Assembly: GCA_965215605.1 (NCBI GenBank)
Contig: OZ244070.1
Coordinates: forward strand, 1,504,001-1,568,000
Reading direction: 5' to 3'
Source: an uncultured Candidatus Binatia bacterium
GTDB taxonomy: Bacteria; Desulfobacterota; Binatia; UBA9968; JAJDTQ01
DNA length: 64,000 nucleotides
Shown here: one piece after another, positions 19,432-29,619 of the stretch
Layout of the letters: every line of letters starts with the position of its first letter
Numbering within the stretch: the first letter of the stretch is position 1
The notes under the pieces: generated by a model
Seen by the model: the letters and a program-made list of their open reading frames with translations, nothing else
What the model was told of the DNA's origin: nothing
The model's database searches: none
Program-made: the position numbers and the translations under genes

Positions 19432-19482
19432 CCCGCGACGTTCCGGATCCGCGCCTTGGCGCTAACACTTGGCGCAAAATTC

Positions 19483-19511
19483 TTGACGTCATGGCCGTGG
19501 TGCCGTACAGT
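19483..19511 (+). promoter_or_regulatory. Candidate sigma70 promoter of aapJQMP
   Basis: TTGACG-N17-TACAGT about 78 bp upstream of aapJ ATG; RBS AAAGGAG. Confidence 0.5.
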
Positions 19512-19588
19512 AGATTGTGGTGCGAAGTAACCAGACAGGACAATAGCCCAAGGGTTAGGTTAGCCGAAATTGCCTGAAAGGAGTAGCG

Positions 19589-20620
19589 ATGACGAATTCG
19601 ATACGCGCGTTTTCGGTAGGCTTGGTGGCCGTGGCGTTGGCGACGGCGTCCCTGGCGTCGGCGGGTACTCTGGACGATGTCCGCCAGCGGGGGCACCTGA
19701 TCTGCGGCATCAACACCGGCTTGGTGGGCTTCGCCGCGCCGGACGACAAGGGCGTGTGGAAGGGCTTCGACGTGGACGTGTGCCGGGCGGTGGCCGCCGC
19801 GGTGTTCGGCGACGCCAACAAGCTCAAGTACAAGAACCTCACCGGCAAAACGCGCTTCACCGCGCTGCGTTCGGCCGAGATCGACATGCTGTCGCGCAAC
19901 ACCACCTGGACCTTCAGCCGGGACGTGGACCTGCAACTCACCTTCGTGGGCATCAACTACTACGACGGCCAGGGCTTCATGGCCCCCAAGAAACTCGGCG
20001 TCAAGTCCGCCAAGGACTTGGCCGGCGCTTCGGTCTGCATCCAGACCGGCACCACTACCGAGCTGAACCTCGCGGACTACTTCCGCGCCAACAACATGAA
20101 GTATGAGCCGGTGCCCATCGAGACCAACACCGAGGCGCGCACCAACTACCTGGCCGGCCGTTGCGACGTGTACACCACCGACCGCTCCGGCCTGGCGGCG
20201 ACCCGAGCCGCCACCGACAACCCGGACGCCCACGTGGTGCTTCCGGAGATCATCTCCAAGGAGCCGTTGGGGCCGCTGGTTCGCCACGGCGACGATCAGT
20301 GGGCGGACATCGTGCGCTGGTCCCTCAACGCCATGATCGCGGCCGAGGAGATGGGCGTGACCTCCAGGAACGCCAAGGCGATGGCGTCGAAGGAAAACAA
20401 GAACAAGGAGGTCAACCGCCTTCTCGGCGTCGAGGAGCTGCAGGGCCGCGAGCGGCTGGGTTTGTCCAAGGACTGGGCGGTGAACATCATCGCGCAGGTG
20501 GGCAACTACGGCGAGGTCTTCGAGAAGCACCTCGGCAAGAAGACCCCCATCGGCCTGGACCGGGGCCTCAACGCCCAGTGGACCGACGGCGGCCTGCTCT
20601 ACGCCCCGCCGTTCCGGTAG
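19589..20620 (+). CDS. aapJ: General L-amino acid ABC transporter substrate-binding protein
   Basis: GFDVDVCRAVAAA, LSRNTTWT, YDGQGF, ISKEPLGP, VGNYGE, GGLLYAPPFR. Confidence 0.95.
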   Translation: MTNSIRAFSVGLVAVALATASLASAGTLDDVRQRGHLICGINTGLVGFAAPDDKGVWKGFDVDVCRAVAAAVFGDANKLKYKNLTGKTRFTALRSAEIDMLSRNTTWTFSRDVDLQLTFVGINYYDGQGFMAPKKLGVKSAKDLAGASVCIQTGTTTELNLADYFRANNMKYEPVPIETNTEARTNYLAGRCDVYTTDRSGLAATRAATDNPDAHVVLPEIISKEPLGPLVRHGDDQWADIVRWSLNAMIAAEEMGVTSRNAKAMASKENKNKEVNRLLGVEELQGRERLGLSKDWAVNIIAQVGNYGEVFEKHLGKKTPIGLDRGLNAQWTDGGLLYAPPFR

Positions 20621-20641
20621 ACCGGACTGGTTTCACACCAG

Positions 20642-20708
20642 CATGAGCCGTGTGGATCCAGTGTCGCGCCGCCATTGCGCGTGATACTGGTAATCCATAC
20701 GGCTCATG
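20642..20708 (+). other. Long intercistronic RNA hairpin between aapJ and aapQ
   Basis: Outer arms CATGAGCCGTGTGGAT / ATCCATACGGCTCATG; inner arms CCAGTGTCGCGC / GCGTGATACTGG; all three non-Watson-Crick pairs are G-U on the + strand. Confidence 0.75.
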
Positions 20709-20725
20709 TCCTATGACTATCGGGC

Positions 20726-21931
20726 GTGGTGCAACCTAACGACAGGCCCGGTCCGCCTCCAGGGCCCGTGCTCAGCCTCGGCAGCCTGTGGTACGACGAG
20801 GCGGTACGTGGCGTCGCCATCCAGATCCTGGTGCTGCTCGGCGTGTTCGCGACCGTGGCCTGGATGATCGCCAACGTCGTCGCCAACTTCGCCATCCTCG
20901 ACAAGACCTTCGGTTTCGACTTCCTCTGGCTCCCCGCCAACTACGACATCAACCAGACGCTCATCGAGTACACCAACCGGGACACGCACCTGCGCGCAGC
21001 GCTGGTGGGGCTGATCAACACGGGAGTGGTGGCCTTCCTCGGGATCATCCTGGCCACGGTGCTCGGTTTCCTCGTCGGCATATTCCGGTTGTCGGACAAC
21101 TGGCTGGTGTCGCGCCTGGCGTACTGCTACGTCGAGTTCACCCGCAACACCCCCGTGCTGCTGCTCATCCTGCTGTGGCACGGGATATTCATCAACACGC
21201 TGCCGCATCCACGGCAGGCCATGACCGTCGGCGGCGCCACGTTCCTCACCAACCGGGGCTTCTACGTTCCCAAGCCCGTGTTCGAATCGGGGTTCGAGTG
21301 GGTCGCGCTGGCTCTCGTGGTGGCCATCGTGGGGGCGGTCTTCGTCCACCGTCACGTACGCCGGGTCCGGGAAGCCACCGGCCGGCAGCTTCCCGGCGGC
21401 TGGATTTCCGCCGCCCTGATCATGGGACTGCCGGGGCTTGCCTACGCGGCCGCCGGCGCTACCCTTTCCTTCGACGTGCCGGAGCTCCATGGGTTCAATT
21501 TCCGGGGCGGACTCTACCTCACGCCGGAGCTGGTGGCGTTGACCTGGGCGCTGGCGTTCTACACCTCCGGCTTCATTGCCGAGAACGTCCGCGCCGGCAT
21601 CCTCGCCGTGGACAAGGGCCAGGTCGAGGCGTCGCAAGCGCTGGGACTTTCCCGCAGACGCGTCCTGCGCCTGGTGATCCTGCCTCAGTCGCTTCGGGTG
21701 ATCGTCCCGCCGCTCACCTCCCAATACCTTGACCTCACCAAGAACTCGTCCCTGGCCATCGCCATCGGCTACGTGGACCTGGTGGGGACCCTGGGGGGGA
21801 TCACGCTGAATCAGACAGGGCGGGAGATCGAGTGCATGATGCTGGTCTTGCTGGTTTACCTGGCCGTTTCCCTGAGCATTTCCGTGTTCATGAACTGGTA
21901 CAACCGCCGGGTCCGGCTGGTGGAGCGCTGA
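20726..21931 (+). CDS. aapQ: General L-amino acid ABC transporter permease
   Basis: YVEFTRNTP, AENVRAGI, GQVEAS, KNSSLAIAIGY; start codon uncertain. Confidence 0.92.
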   Translation: MVQPNDRPGPPPGPVLSLGSLWYDEAVRGVAIQILVLLGVFATVAWMIANVVANFAILDKTFGFDFLWLPANYDINQTLIEYTNRDTHLRAALVGLINTGVVAFLGIILATVLGFLVGIFRLSDNWLVSRLAYCYVEFTRNTPVLLLILLWHGIFINTLPHPRQAMTVGGATFLTNRGFYVPKPVFESGFEWVALALVVAIVGAVFVHRHVRRVREATGRQLPGGWISAALIMGLPGLAYAAAGATLSFDVPELHGFNFRGGLYLTPELVALTWALAFYTSGFIAENVRAGILAVDKGQVEASQALGLSRRRVLRLVILPQSLRVIVPPLTSQYLDLTKNSSLAIAIGYVDLVGTLGGITLNQTGREIECMMLVLLVYLAVSLSISVFMNWYNRRVRLVER

Positions 21932-23052
21932 TGTCACTTCCCGCCACCGCAACCCCGACCTATCCGCCCGGACAGCACCCGAACCTGCCGCCGCCTCCGG
22001 GCACCGCCGGCGTCATCGGCTGGTTGCGCGCCAACCTGTTCTCGTCGGTGTTCAGCACCGCGCTGACCTTGGTTTCCATCTGGCTGATCTACGAGTTCGT
22101 GACCGCCGCCATCGGCTGGTTCGTCCTGGAAGCGGTGTGGGAGGCCGGCTCCCGGGTGGACTGCCGCAAGCAGGGTGAGGGCGCCTGCTGGGCGGTCATC
22201 ACCACCCGGCTGGACCAGTTCGTCTACGGCTTCTATCCCGCCGACCAGCGCTGGCGTCCGGTGCTCACCTTCGTCCTGCTTTTTCCCGCGCTGGCGCCGG
22301 TGCTGTTCGACCGCACGCCCTATCGCAGCCAGCTGCTGTGGTTCTCGCTGGCCTATCCCGCGGTGGGCGCCTGGTTGATCTACGGCGGCCTGGGCCTGCC
22401 GGTGGTGGACACCGACGCCTACGGCGGATTTCTGCTCACCATGATCCTGGGCGTCACCGGCATCGTGGCGTCGCTGCCGCTGGGCATCCTGCTGGCCCTC
22501 GGCAGGCAGTCGCGGCTGCTGGCGATCCGTGTCCTGTGCGTCACCTTCATCGAAGTGGTGCGGGGGGTGCCGCTGATCACGCTGCTATTCATCGCCTCCA
22601 CCATGCTCAACTACTTCCTGCCCCCGGGGACGAACTTCGATCTTCTCATCCGGGTGCTCATCATGGTCACGCTGTTCGCCGCGGCCTACCTCGCCGAAGC
22701 GGTGCGCGGCGGTTTGCAAGCCCTTTCCCGCGGCCAGTACGAGGCCGCGGACTCCCTCGGGCTGTCCTACTGGAAGACCACCTGGCTGATCACGCTGCCC
22801 CAAGCCCTCAAAATCGCCATCCCCGGCATGGTCAACGTCTTCATCGGGCTTTACAAGGACAGTACGCTGGTAGTAATCATCGGCCTGTTGGACCCGCTGG
22901 GCGTGGCTCGGGCGGTGCTCGCCGACGCCAAGTGGAACGGGCTGTCCAACGAGACGTATCTCTTTATCGCGCTCTTCTTCTTCCTGAGCTGCTTCGCCAT
23001 GTCGCGATATTCTCTCTGGCTCGAAGGACGGCTGAGCGTCGGAGACCGTTAG
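21931..23052 (+). CDS. aapM: General L-amino acid ABC transporter permease
   Basis: TGATG overlap; [33 protein letters not shown]. Confidence 0.92.
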   Translation: MSLPATATPTYPPGQHPNLPPPPGTAGVIGWLRANLFSSVFSTALTLVSIWLIYEFVTAAIGWFVLEAVWEAGSRVDCRKQGEGACWAVITTRLDQFVYGFYPADQRWRPVLTFVLLFPALAPVLFDRTPYRSQLLWFSLAYPAVGAWLIYGGLGLPVVDTDAYGGFLLTMILGVTGIVASLPLGILLALGRQSRLLAIRVLCVTFIEVVRGVPLITLLFIASTMLNYFLPPGTNFDLLIRVLIMVTLFAAAYLAEAVRGGLQALSRGQYEAADSLGLSYWKTTWLITLPQALKIAIPGMVNVFIGLYKDSTLVVIIGLLDPLGVARAVLADAKWNGLSNETYLFIALFFFLSCFAMSRYSLWLEGRLSVGDR

Positions 23053-23074
23053 CAGACCGTCAGCGATTTTCCTC

Positions 23075-23863
23075 ATGGCTACCATCGAAGAAGAAACCGA
23101 ACGCATCCGATCCGCGGTCGACTCCTCCAGGGTGATGGTGGAGATCCAGGCCATGCACAAATGGTTCGGCACGTTTCACGTGCTGAAGAACATCAATCTG
23201 CGCGTGACCGCCGGCGAGCGCATCGTGATCTGCGGACCGTCGGGCTCGGGCAAGTCCACCCTGATCCGCTGCATCAACCGGCTGGAGGTGCATCAGCAAG
23301 GGTCCATCGCGGTGGACGGCACGGAACTGACCCGCGACGTCAAGAACATCGAGCAGATCCGCTCCGAGGTGGGGATGGTGTTCCAGCACTTCAACCTCTT
23401 TCCCCACCTCACCGTGCTGGAGAACTGCACTCTAGGGCCCATGTGGGTGCGCAAGCTGCCCAAGGACGAGGCCGAGGCAATCGCGCAACGGTACCTGGAG
23501 CGCGTGCAGATTCCCGAGCAGGCCGACAAGTACCCGGGCCAGCTCTCGGGCGGGCAACAGCAGCGCGTGGCCATCGCGCGCTCGCTGTGCATGCAGCCCA
23601 AGATCATGCTGTTCGACGAGCCCACCTCCGCCCTCGACCCGGAGATGATCAAGGAAGTGCTCGACACCATGCTCGAGCTCGCCGAGACCGGCATGACCAT
23701 GCTGGTGGTGACCCACGAGATGGGCTTCGCCCGCCGCGCCGCCGACCGCGTGATCTTCATGGACGGCGGCGAGATCATCGAGGAGAACGCCCCCGAGCCG
23801 TTCTTCAACAACCCCCATAACGACCGCACCAAGCTGTTCCTGAGCCAGATCCTGTCGCACTGA
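23075..23863 (+). CDS. aapP: General L-amino acid ABC transporter ATP-binding protein
   Basis: [34 protein letters not shown]. Confidence 0.95.
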   Translation: MATIEEETERIRSAVDSSRVMVEIQAMHKWFGTFHVLKNINLRVTAGERIVICGPSGSGKSTLIRCINRLEVHQQGSIAVDGTELTRDVKNIEQIRSEVGMVFQHFNLFPHLTVLENCTLGPMWVRKLPKDEAEAIAQRYLERVQIPEQADKYPGQLSGGQQQRVAIARSLCMQPKIMLFDEPTSALDPEMIKEVLDTMLELAETGMTMLVVTHEMGFARRAADRVIFMDGGEIIEENAPEPFFNNPHNDRTKLFLSQILSH

Positions 23864-24022
23864 GCCGGGAAAGACCCGTTCGCCGTGGACGGGTCCCGTC
23901 ACCAAAGGGCGGCGGTGCGGAGTGACGGCGCGGTCCTCGGTGGCGGCGCGGCGCCTGAATTCGACGGGTTTCTGTGCTACGGTCCTGAATCTGAATCTCT
24001 GCCGCAAAGGGGCCGTCCGTAC

Positions 24023-25192
24023 ATGTCCACAACGCTGATCAAGAACATCGGGACTCTGGCCACCGGGATGCTGGAGGACCCCCTCCGGGACGCCGACTCC
24101 ATGCTCGTGGCGGACGGCATCATCCAGGAGGTCGGTAACGGCCTGGGCGGCAACGTGGACCGCACCATCGACGCCAACGGCACCACGGTGGTCCCCGGAC
24201 TCATCGACTCGCATTCCCATCCCACCTTCGGCAACTTCACGCCGGCCCAGAACTCCATGGGATGGATCACCCACTACATGCACGGCGGGGTCACCTCCAT
24301 CATTTCCGCCGGGGAGCTGCACGTGCCCGGGCTGCCGCTACCACCGGACCCGCTGTGCGCGGTATCGCTTTCCATCGTCGCCAAGCGCTGCTGGGACAAC
24401 CTGCGGCCCACCGGCGTCCGGGTGCACGGCGGCACGCTGCTGCTGGTGCCAGGCCTGGAAGAGAAGGACTTCGATACCATCGCCGAGGCGGGTGTCCGGC
24501 TGGTCAAGTTCATCTTCTACGACTACAGCCTCTTGCCCACGGGCGAGGCGGAGCGCTACGTGAAGTGGGCCAGGGCGCGGGACATCAAGGTCAAGATCCA
24601 TTCCGGCGGTGTCTCCCGCTCCGGCGTGAGCCAGGTGGCGGGGGTGGACATCGTCAAGGCCATCGACCCCGACGTCATCGGCCACAGCACCGGCGGCCCC
24701 ATCCCCATGCCGGAAGAAGACCTGCGCCGCATCGTGGCCGAGACCGAGTACTACGTCGAGATCTGCACTTCCGGCAACCTGCGCATGGGCATGGTGCTGG
24801 CGGACGCGGTCCGGCAGTGCGGAGCCGAGGCCCGGGTGCTGGTGGGCACGGACACGCCGGGCGGCACCGGGGTGGTCCCCCGGGGCATCCTGCGCGAGAT
24901 GTGCTTTCTGGCCTCCCTCGGCGGCGTCGCGCCGGAGCACGCCGTAGCCATGGCCACGGGCAACACCGGCCGCGCCCACGGCCTCGACCTCGGCATCATC
25001 GCCGAGGGCAGGCCCGCGGACCTGGTGATCATGGACCGCATCACCGGCTCGGTGTCCAGTGACGCCCTGGACTCGTTCGCCAAGGGCGACCTGCCGGGAA
25101 TCTCGGTGGTGATGATCGACGGCGAACTCACCGTGGCGGGGCGGAGCCAGCAGACGCCGCCCCCCGAGCGGGGAGTGGTCATCAGCGGCTGA
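24023..25192 (+). CDS. Enamidase-like amidohydrolase
   Basis: MSTTLIKNIG start; PGLIDSHSH, HGGVTSIISAG, HSGG, GHSTGGP, GTDTPGGTG, TPP tail; closely resembles (from memory) the nicotinate-fermentation enamidase. Confidence 0.85.
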   Translation: MSTTLIKNIGTLATGMLEDPLRDADSMLVADGIIQEVGNGLGGNVDRTIDANGTTVVPGLIDSHSHPTFGNFTPAQNSMGWITHYMHGGVTSIISAGELHVPGLPLPPDPLCAVSLSIVAKRCWDNLRPTGVRVHGGTLLLVPGLEEKDFDTIAEAGVRLVKFIFYDYSLLPTGEAERYVKWARARDIKVKIHSGGVSRSGVSQVAGVDIVKAIDPDVIGHSTGGPIPMPEEDLRRIVAETEYYVEICTSGNLRMGMVLADAVRQCGAEARVLVGTDTPGGTGVVPRGILREMCFLASLGGVAPEHAVAMATGNTGRAHGLDLGIIAEGRPADLVIMDRITGSVSSDALDSFAKGDLPGISVVMIDGELTVAGRSQQTPPPERGVVISG

Positions 25193-25313
25193 GGGGTCGT
25201 TTCTTGGACTATGAAATTGAGGTGCAGTGTGGCTGTAACTTACTGCCGGCACTGACAAAAGGGGCACGGCCGGCGGGCAGGACGCCGCGGCCGGCATCCA
25301 GGGAGGTTTCCCG

Positions 25314-26294
25314 GTGAGCTCACTACAGTACGGCGTGGGAATGTTTCCCACCGAATCCATGTCGCGCATCATCCAACTCAGCAAGCAGGCGGAGGATCTC
25401 GGCTACAGCCACATCTGGGTCGGCGACTCGCACCTCATCTGGCGCGAGGCCTTCGTCAACATGGCGGCGGTGGCGCTCAACACCTCGAAGGTGGTCATCG
25501 GCACCGGCGTCACCAACCCCGTGACCCGGCATCCCTCGGTGCTCGCCAGCGCGTATGCCACCCTGGACGAGCTGGCCCCCGGCCGGTTCGCGGTGGGCAT
25601 CGGCCTGGGCGACAGCTCGCTGGAAACCATGGGCCGCAAACAGGCGCGGCTGGCGGAGTTCGAGGAGGCGGTGGCGCAGATGCGGGCCGTCATCGAGGGC
25701 GGCGAGGCCGAGCTTGAGAGCGGCAGCAAGATACACCTCAACTTCGCCCAGAACCGGCAGATCCCGTTCTACGTGGCCGCCAGCGGCCCAAAGATGCTCG
25801 AGCTTTCCGGGCGCATCGCCGACGGCGTCATCATCCTCGTGGGCGTGGATTCCGGCGCCATCGAGCGGGCGGTGGAGCGGATCGCGGCCGGAGCGGAGTC
25901 GGCGGGCCGCAAGCTCTCCGACATCGACCTGGTGCTGTGGGTCCCGTGCGCGGTGTCCGAGAACCCCGGCGCCAAGGACGCGGTCAAGGCCCACGTGGCC
26001 CGGGTCATCGCCCACCCGCTGCCCTTCACCCTGGACGAGCAGGAGCAGAAGGTCCTGGACGACATCCACCAAGCCTACAACTACTACCAGCACATGGACC
26101 CGCTCGCCGCCCAGGCGCGCGTGATCCCGGACTGGCTGGTGGACAAGTTCGCGGTGGCCGGCACCCCGGACCAGTGCCGGGCCAAAGTGGCAGAGTTGAA
26201 GCAGAGTGCCATCAACCAGGTGGCGATCATTCCCTATAACGTCGGCGACGCCGACCGCGGCGAAACCCTGCGGCTCTTCGCCGGCGCCATGTAG
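25314..26294 (+). CDS. LLM class flavin/F420-dependent oxidoreductase (Mer-like)
   Basis: AEDLGY, GTGVTNPVTRHP, GIGLGD, AASGPKML, AGTPDQC. Confidence 0.9.
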   Translation: MSSLQYGVGMFPTESMSRIIQLSKQAEDLGYSHIWVGDSHLIWREAFVNMAAVALNTSKVVIGTGVTNPVTRHPSVLASAYATLDELAPGRFAVGIGLGDSSLETMGRKQARLAEFEEAVAQMRAVIEGGEAELESGSKIHLNFAQNRQIPFYVAASGPKMLELSGRIADGVIILVGVDSGAIERAVERIAAGAESAGRKLSDIDLVLWVPCAVSENPGAKDAVKAHVARVIAHPLPFTLDEQEQKVLDDIHQAYNYYQHMDPLAAQARVIPDWLVDKFAVAGTPDQCRAKVAELKQSAINQVAIIPYNVGDADRGETLRLFAGAM

Positions 26295-26344
26295 ACAACG
26301 TCCTGCCCCAAACACCTCGTTGCGAGGCGGGACGCCAAGAACCA

Positions 26345-26719
26345 GTGCGAACTGTCACCCGCTACTACCTGTTTCAGATTCCCGGCTGGGCCTTGACGGC
26401 CGTGCTGGTGACGCTGCTGCACGCGTGGCTGGGGCTGCCGGTGTGGGTGGGCCTGACCGTCCTCGGGGTGGTGGTGCTGAAGGACGTCGTCTTCTATCCG
26501 TTCCTGCGCAGAGCCTACCAGTTGGAAGCCTCCGGCGCCGCCCGGCTTGTGGGCCTGCGCGGCGTCGCGCGCGACCCCTTGGACCCTACCGGCTACGTCT
26601 ACGTACGCGGTGAGCTGTGGCGCGCGCACACCGAGGCCGGTGCCGCGGCGATACCGGCGGGTGCCGAGGTCAGGGTCGTCCAGGGCCACCGCATGACGTT
26701 GACCGTGGCCGGGGATTAG
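26345..26719 (+). CDS. Short NfeD-like membrane protein (OB-fold C-terminus)
   Basis: Two TM segments then LVGLRG...LDPTGYVYVRGELWRA...VRVV. Confidence 0.8.
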   Translation: MRTVTRYYLFQIPGWALTAVLVTLLHAWLGLPVWVGLTVLGVVVLKDVVFYPFLRRAYQLEASGAARLVGLRGVARDPLDPTGYVYVRGELWRAHTEAGAAAIPAGAEVRVVQGHRMTLTVAGD

Positions 26720-26810
26720 TCAGACGACGACCACGCGTGCACTACGCGTCGTCTTCCTGACCTTTCTGGTAGCTACCAGAAATTTGATCGTACGGCTTCA
26801 GGCGTACAAC

Positions 26811-27788
26811 CTACAAGAACCCCTTGTCCTTGTAGAACTGCTTCGCGCCAGGATGCAGCGGAATCCCCAACGGACTGGCGTCGGTGTCGCGGCAGACCTC
26901 CTTGATGTTCAGCCGTGCGGCGTCCACAGGAATGTCGCGGCGGCGCCGGTAGATGGACTCGCAGAGCGAGTAGGCCATGTCCTTGCTCAACCACTTGTGG
27001 GTGATGATGGGCCAGCCGCTGAAGTCCACGGTGCGGATGTCTTCCTTGAGCCCGGGGAACCGCCGCCTGGGAATCACCGCGCGCTTGAATCCCAGGGCCT
27101 CCATGCCCCGGATCACGTCCTCGTCGAGGTGGAGCACCTGGTAGCCGTTCTCCAGCGCGGCCTCAAGCCACTTGGTGGACAAGCCCTCATCGAAGACCGC
27201 GTCCACGCGCCTCGCCTTGATGGATTCGATGCGCTTGGGGGAGGAAGGATGGGCGCACTCGTCGATCTCGCCGCCCCAACGCGTGATCTTGCGGAAAGTC
27301 AGCCCGTAGAGCGACATGATGGTGGAGATGGCGTAGTGGGTGGAGTTGTCGATGCCCGCGGTGCGGGTGGAGACTCTTAGCGGTATCCTGTTCTTGACGA
27401 TGTCCCGGACCGAGCGGACGCCGAGTTCCGCCGACACCACAAAGGCGATGCGATCCCACGAGGGGAAGCTGGCCAGCGCGCGCAGGGGCAGCGCTTCCTT
27501 GTAGTATCCCTTGCCGAGGTAGCACATGGTGGCGATCACCGAGGGGTTGACCTGGGAGACGTCCACGCGGCGCTTCCCCACCTCGATGGGCGTCTTCATG
27601 CCGCCCAGGAGCTCGCCGTGGACGCCGAACCGGAGCGGTGGGAAGATATTGTCTTCCTCGTCAGTGGAACGGATGGACACGTCCAGCGCCACCCCCAGGT
27701 CGAGCTTGCGGTCGGCGTAGACCCCGGCGGCCAACTCCAGCATCGTTTTGACCCGCTTCATCCGTGAATTCGGTTTCTGTTGCGCCAT
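26811..27788 (-). CDS. TAXI-like (PBP2-fold) solute-binding protein lacking a signal peptide
   Basis: LRALASFP, VRSVRDI, VDAVFD, IPRRRFPG..DIRTV, IPLHPGAKQFY C-terminal TAXI-type motif. Confidence 0.7.
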   Translation of the reverse strand: MAQQKPNSRMKRVKTMLELAAGVYADRKLDLGVALDVSIRSTDEEDNIFPPLRFGVHGELLGGMKTPIEVGKRRVDVSQVNPSVIATMCYLGKGYYKEALPLRALASFPSWDRIAFVVSAELGVRSVRDIVKNRIPLRVSTRTAGIDNSTHYAISTIMSLYGLTFRKITRWGGEIDECAHPSSPKRIESIKARRVDAVFDEGLSTKWLEAALENGYQVLHLDEDVIRGMEALGFKRAVIPRRRFPGLKEDIRTVDFSGWPIITHKWLSKDMAYSLCESIYRRRRDIPVDAARLNIKEVCRDTDASPLGIPLHPGAKQFYKDKGFL

Positions 27789-27914
27789 TCCGTCCCCCTT
27801 TCGAACGTTCCTGACCGTGTACCAAATCGCGCGGCCGGCCGCGAATCCGCGCGACGAGGCCGGCGGAGCGCCCTCCGCGGGTGGCGTTCCTTGCAGTCCC
27901 GGGACCCCTCAAGT

Positions 27915-29174
27915 ATGAATAATGCCATGAGCGACACCGCGCAGCGCCTCAAGGAGGTCATCGACGACGACCGGCAGGATCTGGTCCAGTTGTGCCTGGA
28001 GTTGGGTGGCATGCCGAGCCCGCACGCCAAGGAAAGGGCCCTTGGCGAAGCGGTGGTGGCATGGCTCGAGCGAAACGGCATCGAGAGCTGGCTCCAGTGG
28101 ATCACCGACGAAAGCGTCAACGCCGTCGGGATGATCCGGGGCTCGGGCGACGGCTCCAGCCTGATCCTCAACGCACACATGGACACCGGCCCCGAGCTTC
28201 CGGCCGACGCCTCCGAGGCGGACGTACGGATGGAGGGGGCATGGGTCGACGGCGAGCTGATGTTCGGCAAGGGCCTCATCAACGACAAGGCCCAGCTCTG
28301 CGCCTTCATGATCGCGACCAGGGCGATCAAGAAGGCCGGCATCGCGCTCGGCGGCGACTTGTACGTCACCGGCGTCGCCTTCGAGACCGGCGAGCCGTCG
28401 GTGGACGACACCCAGGGAGTGAACTTCCCCGGCGAGGGTCTCGGCGCCAAGTGGCTGATCGACCGGGGCGTCACCGCCGACTACTGCCTCGTGGGGGAAA
28501 CGTCCGGATTCGGCATCATCATGGGGGAATGCGGCGCGGTGTGGCTCAAGATCCGCTGCCAGGGACGCGAGCTGTACACGCCGCGGCTGGCCCGGGGGGA
28601 ATCCCTGCGCGAGCATCCCAACCCGTACATCAAGATGGCCCATGCGGTGATGGCGCTGGAACAGTGGGCCATCAACTACGAACACGAGGCGCGCTTCGAG
28701 TTTCCAGGCGGCACCATGATCCCCAAGGCCCAGGTGGTGGGGGTGCGTGGCGGTCCCGGCTACTGCGACATCTACTACGACGTGCGCATCGTCCCCAAGA
28801 CCGATCCCCAAGCCATCAAGCGCGGAATCGAGGGGGTGATGGCGACCCTGGACTTCGACTCCGAGGTGTCGGTCTACCAGTATTCCAGGGGGCACGTGGC
28901 GCGGAACGCCGACATGCTCATCGACTCCATCGACCAGGCACACCGGGACGTCATGGGCACCGAGCCCCCGGCGCCGCCGTCGGCCGAGATCAGCATGTGG
29001 CGGGACATGAACGTGTTCAACGAGGTGGGGATTCCGGCCGTATGCTACGGGCCGCCGCGGCAGAAGGAGACCATCAGTCAGGCGCGGAACCGCGCCATGA
29101 AGATCGATGATCTCGTCGCCGCGACCAAGGTGTACGCGCTCACCATCCTGTCGGTGTGCGGGGAAGCGAAGTGA
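27915..29174 (+). CDS. M20/ArgE-DapE family metallopeptidase-like protein
   Basis: LILNAHMDT, FGKGLINDK, VGET, CYGP; start at 27915 or 27927. Confidence 0.82.
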   Translation: MNNAMSDTAQRLKEVIDDDRQDLVQLCLELGGMPSPHAKERALGEAVVAWLERNGIESWLQWITDESVNAVGMIRGSGDGSSLILNAHMDTGPELPADASEADVRMEGAWVDGELMFGKGLINDKAQLCAFMIATRAIKKAGIALGGDLYVTGVAFETGEPSVDDTQGVNFPGEGLGAKWLIDRGVTADYCLVGETSGFGIIMGECGAVWLKIRCQGRELYTPRLARGESLREHPNPYIKMAHAVMALEQWAINYEHEARFEFPGGTMIPKAQVVGVRGGPGYCDIYYDVRIVPKTDPQAIKRGIEGVMATLDFDSEVSVYQYSRGHVARNADMLIDSIDQAHRDVMGTEPPAPPSAEISMWRDMNVFNEVGIPAVCYGPPRQKETISQARNRAMKIDDLVAATKVYALTILSVCGEAK

Positions 29175-29186
29175 GGGGAGGTTGCC

Positions 29187-29576
29187 TTGGGTAGCTCGAA
29201 GGCGGTCACACGCGGGGTCCGGGTCGAGGTCAGCACCGAATACGACCCCAACCGTTCATTCCCCGAGCACAACCGCTGGTTCTATCTCTACACCGTGGAG
29301 ATCAGCAACGAAGGCTCGGAAACCGTGCAACTCGTAAGCCGCCACTGGATCATCACGGATGCCTCCGGCCACATGGAGGAGGTCAAGGGTCCGGGCGTGG
29401 TGGGCGAAAGCCCCGTGCTGGAAGAGGGAGAGTCCTTCGAGTACACCTCCGGCTGCCCGCTGTCGACCCCCTACGGCACCATGCACGGCACCTACCAGAT
29501 GGTCACCTCCGACGGCGACCGCTTCGACGCCCAGATCGCCGAGTTCGTGCTCGGCGAGCCGCGGTCGCTGCACTAG
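29187..29576 (+). CDS. apaG: ApaG protein
   Basis: QLVSRHWIITD, GPGVVGE, FEYTSGCPL, GTMHGTY; TTG start after GGAGG. Confidence 0.95.
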   Translation: MGSSKAVTRGVRVEVSTEYDPNRSFPEHNRWFYLYTVEISNEGSETVQLVSRHWIITDASGHMEEVKGPGVVGESPVLEEGESFEYTSGCPLSTPYGTMHGTYQMVTSDGDRFDAQIAEFVLGEPRSLH

Positions 29577-29619
29577 CGCGCCTCATCCGCGGTCCCTTCG
29601 GACTTGGCCGTTCTGCCGG

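Noticed and set aside
19457-19485. Sigma54 promoter upstream of aapJ (TTGGCGC twice)
   Set aside because: Neither copy has TTGC at the required -12 spacing; a sigma70-like promoter fits better.
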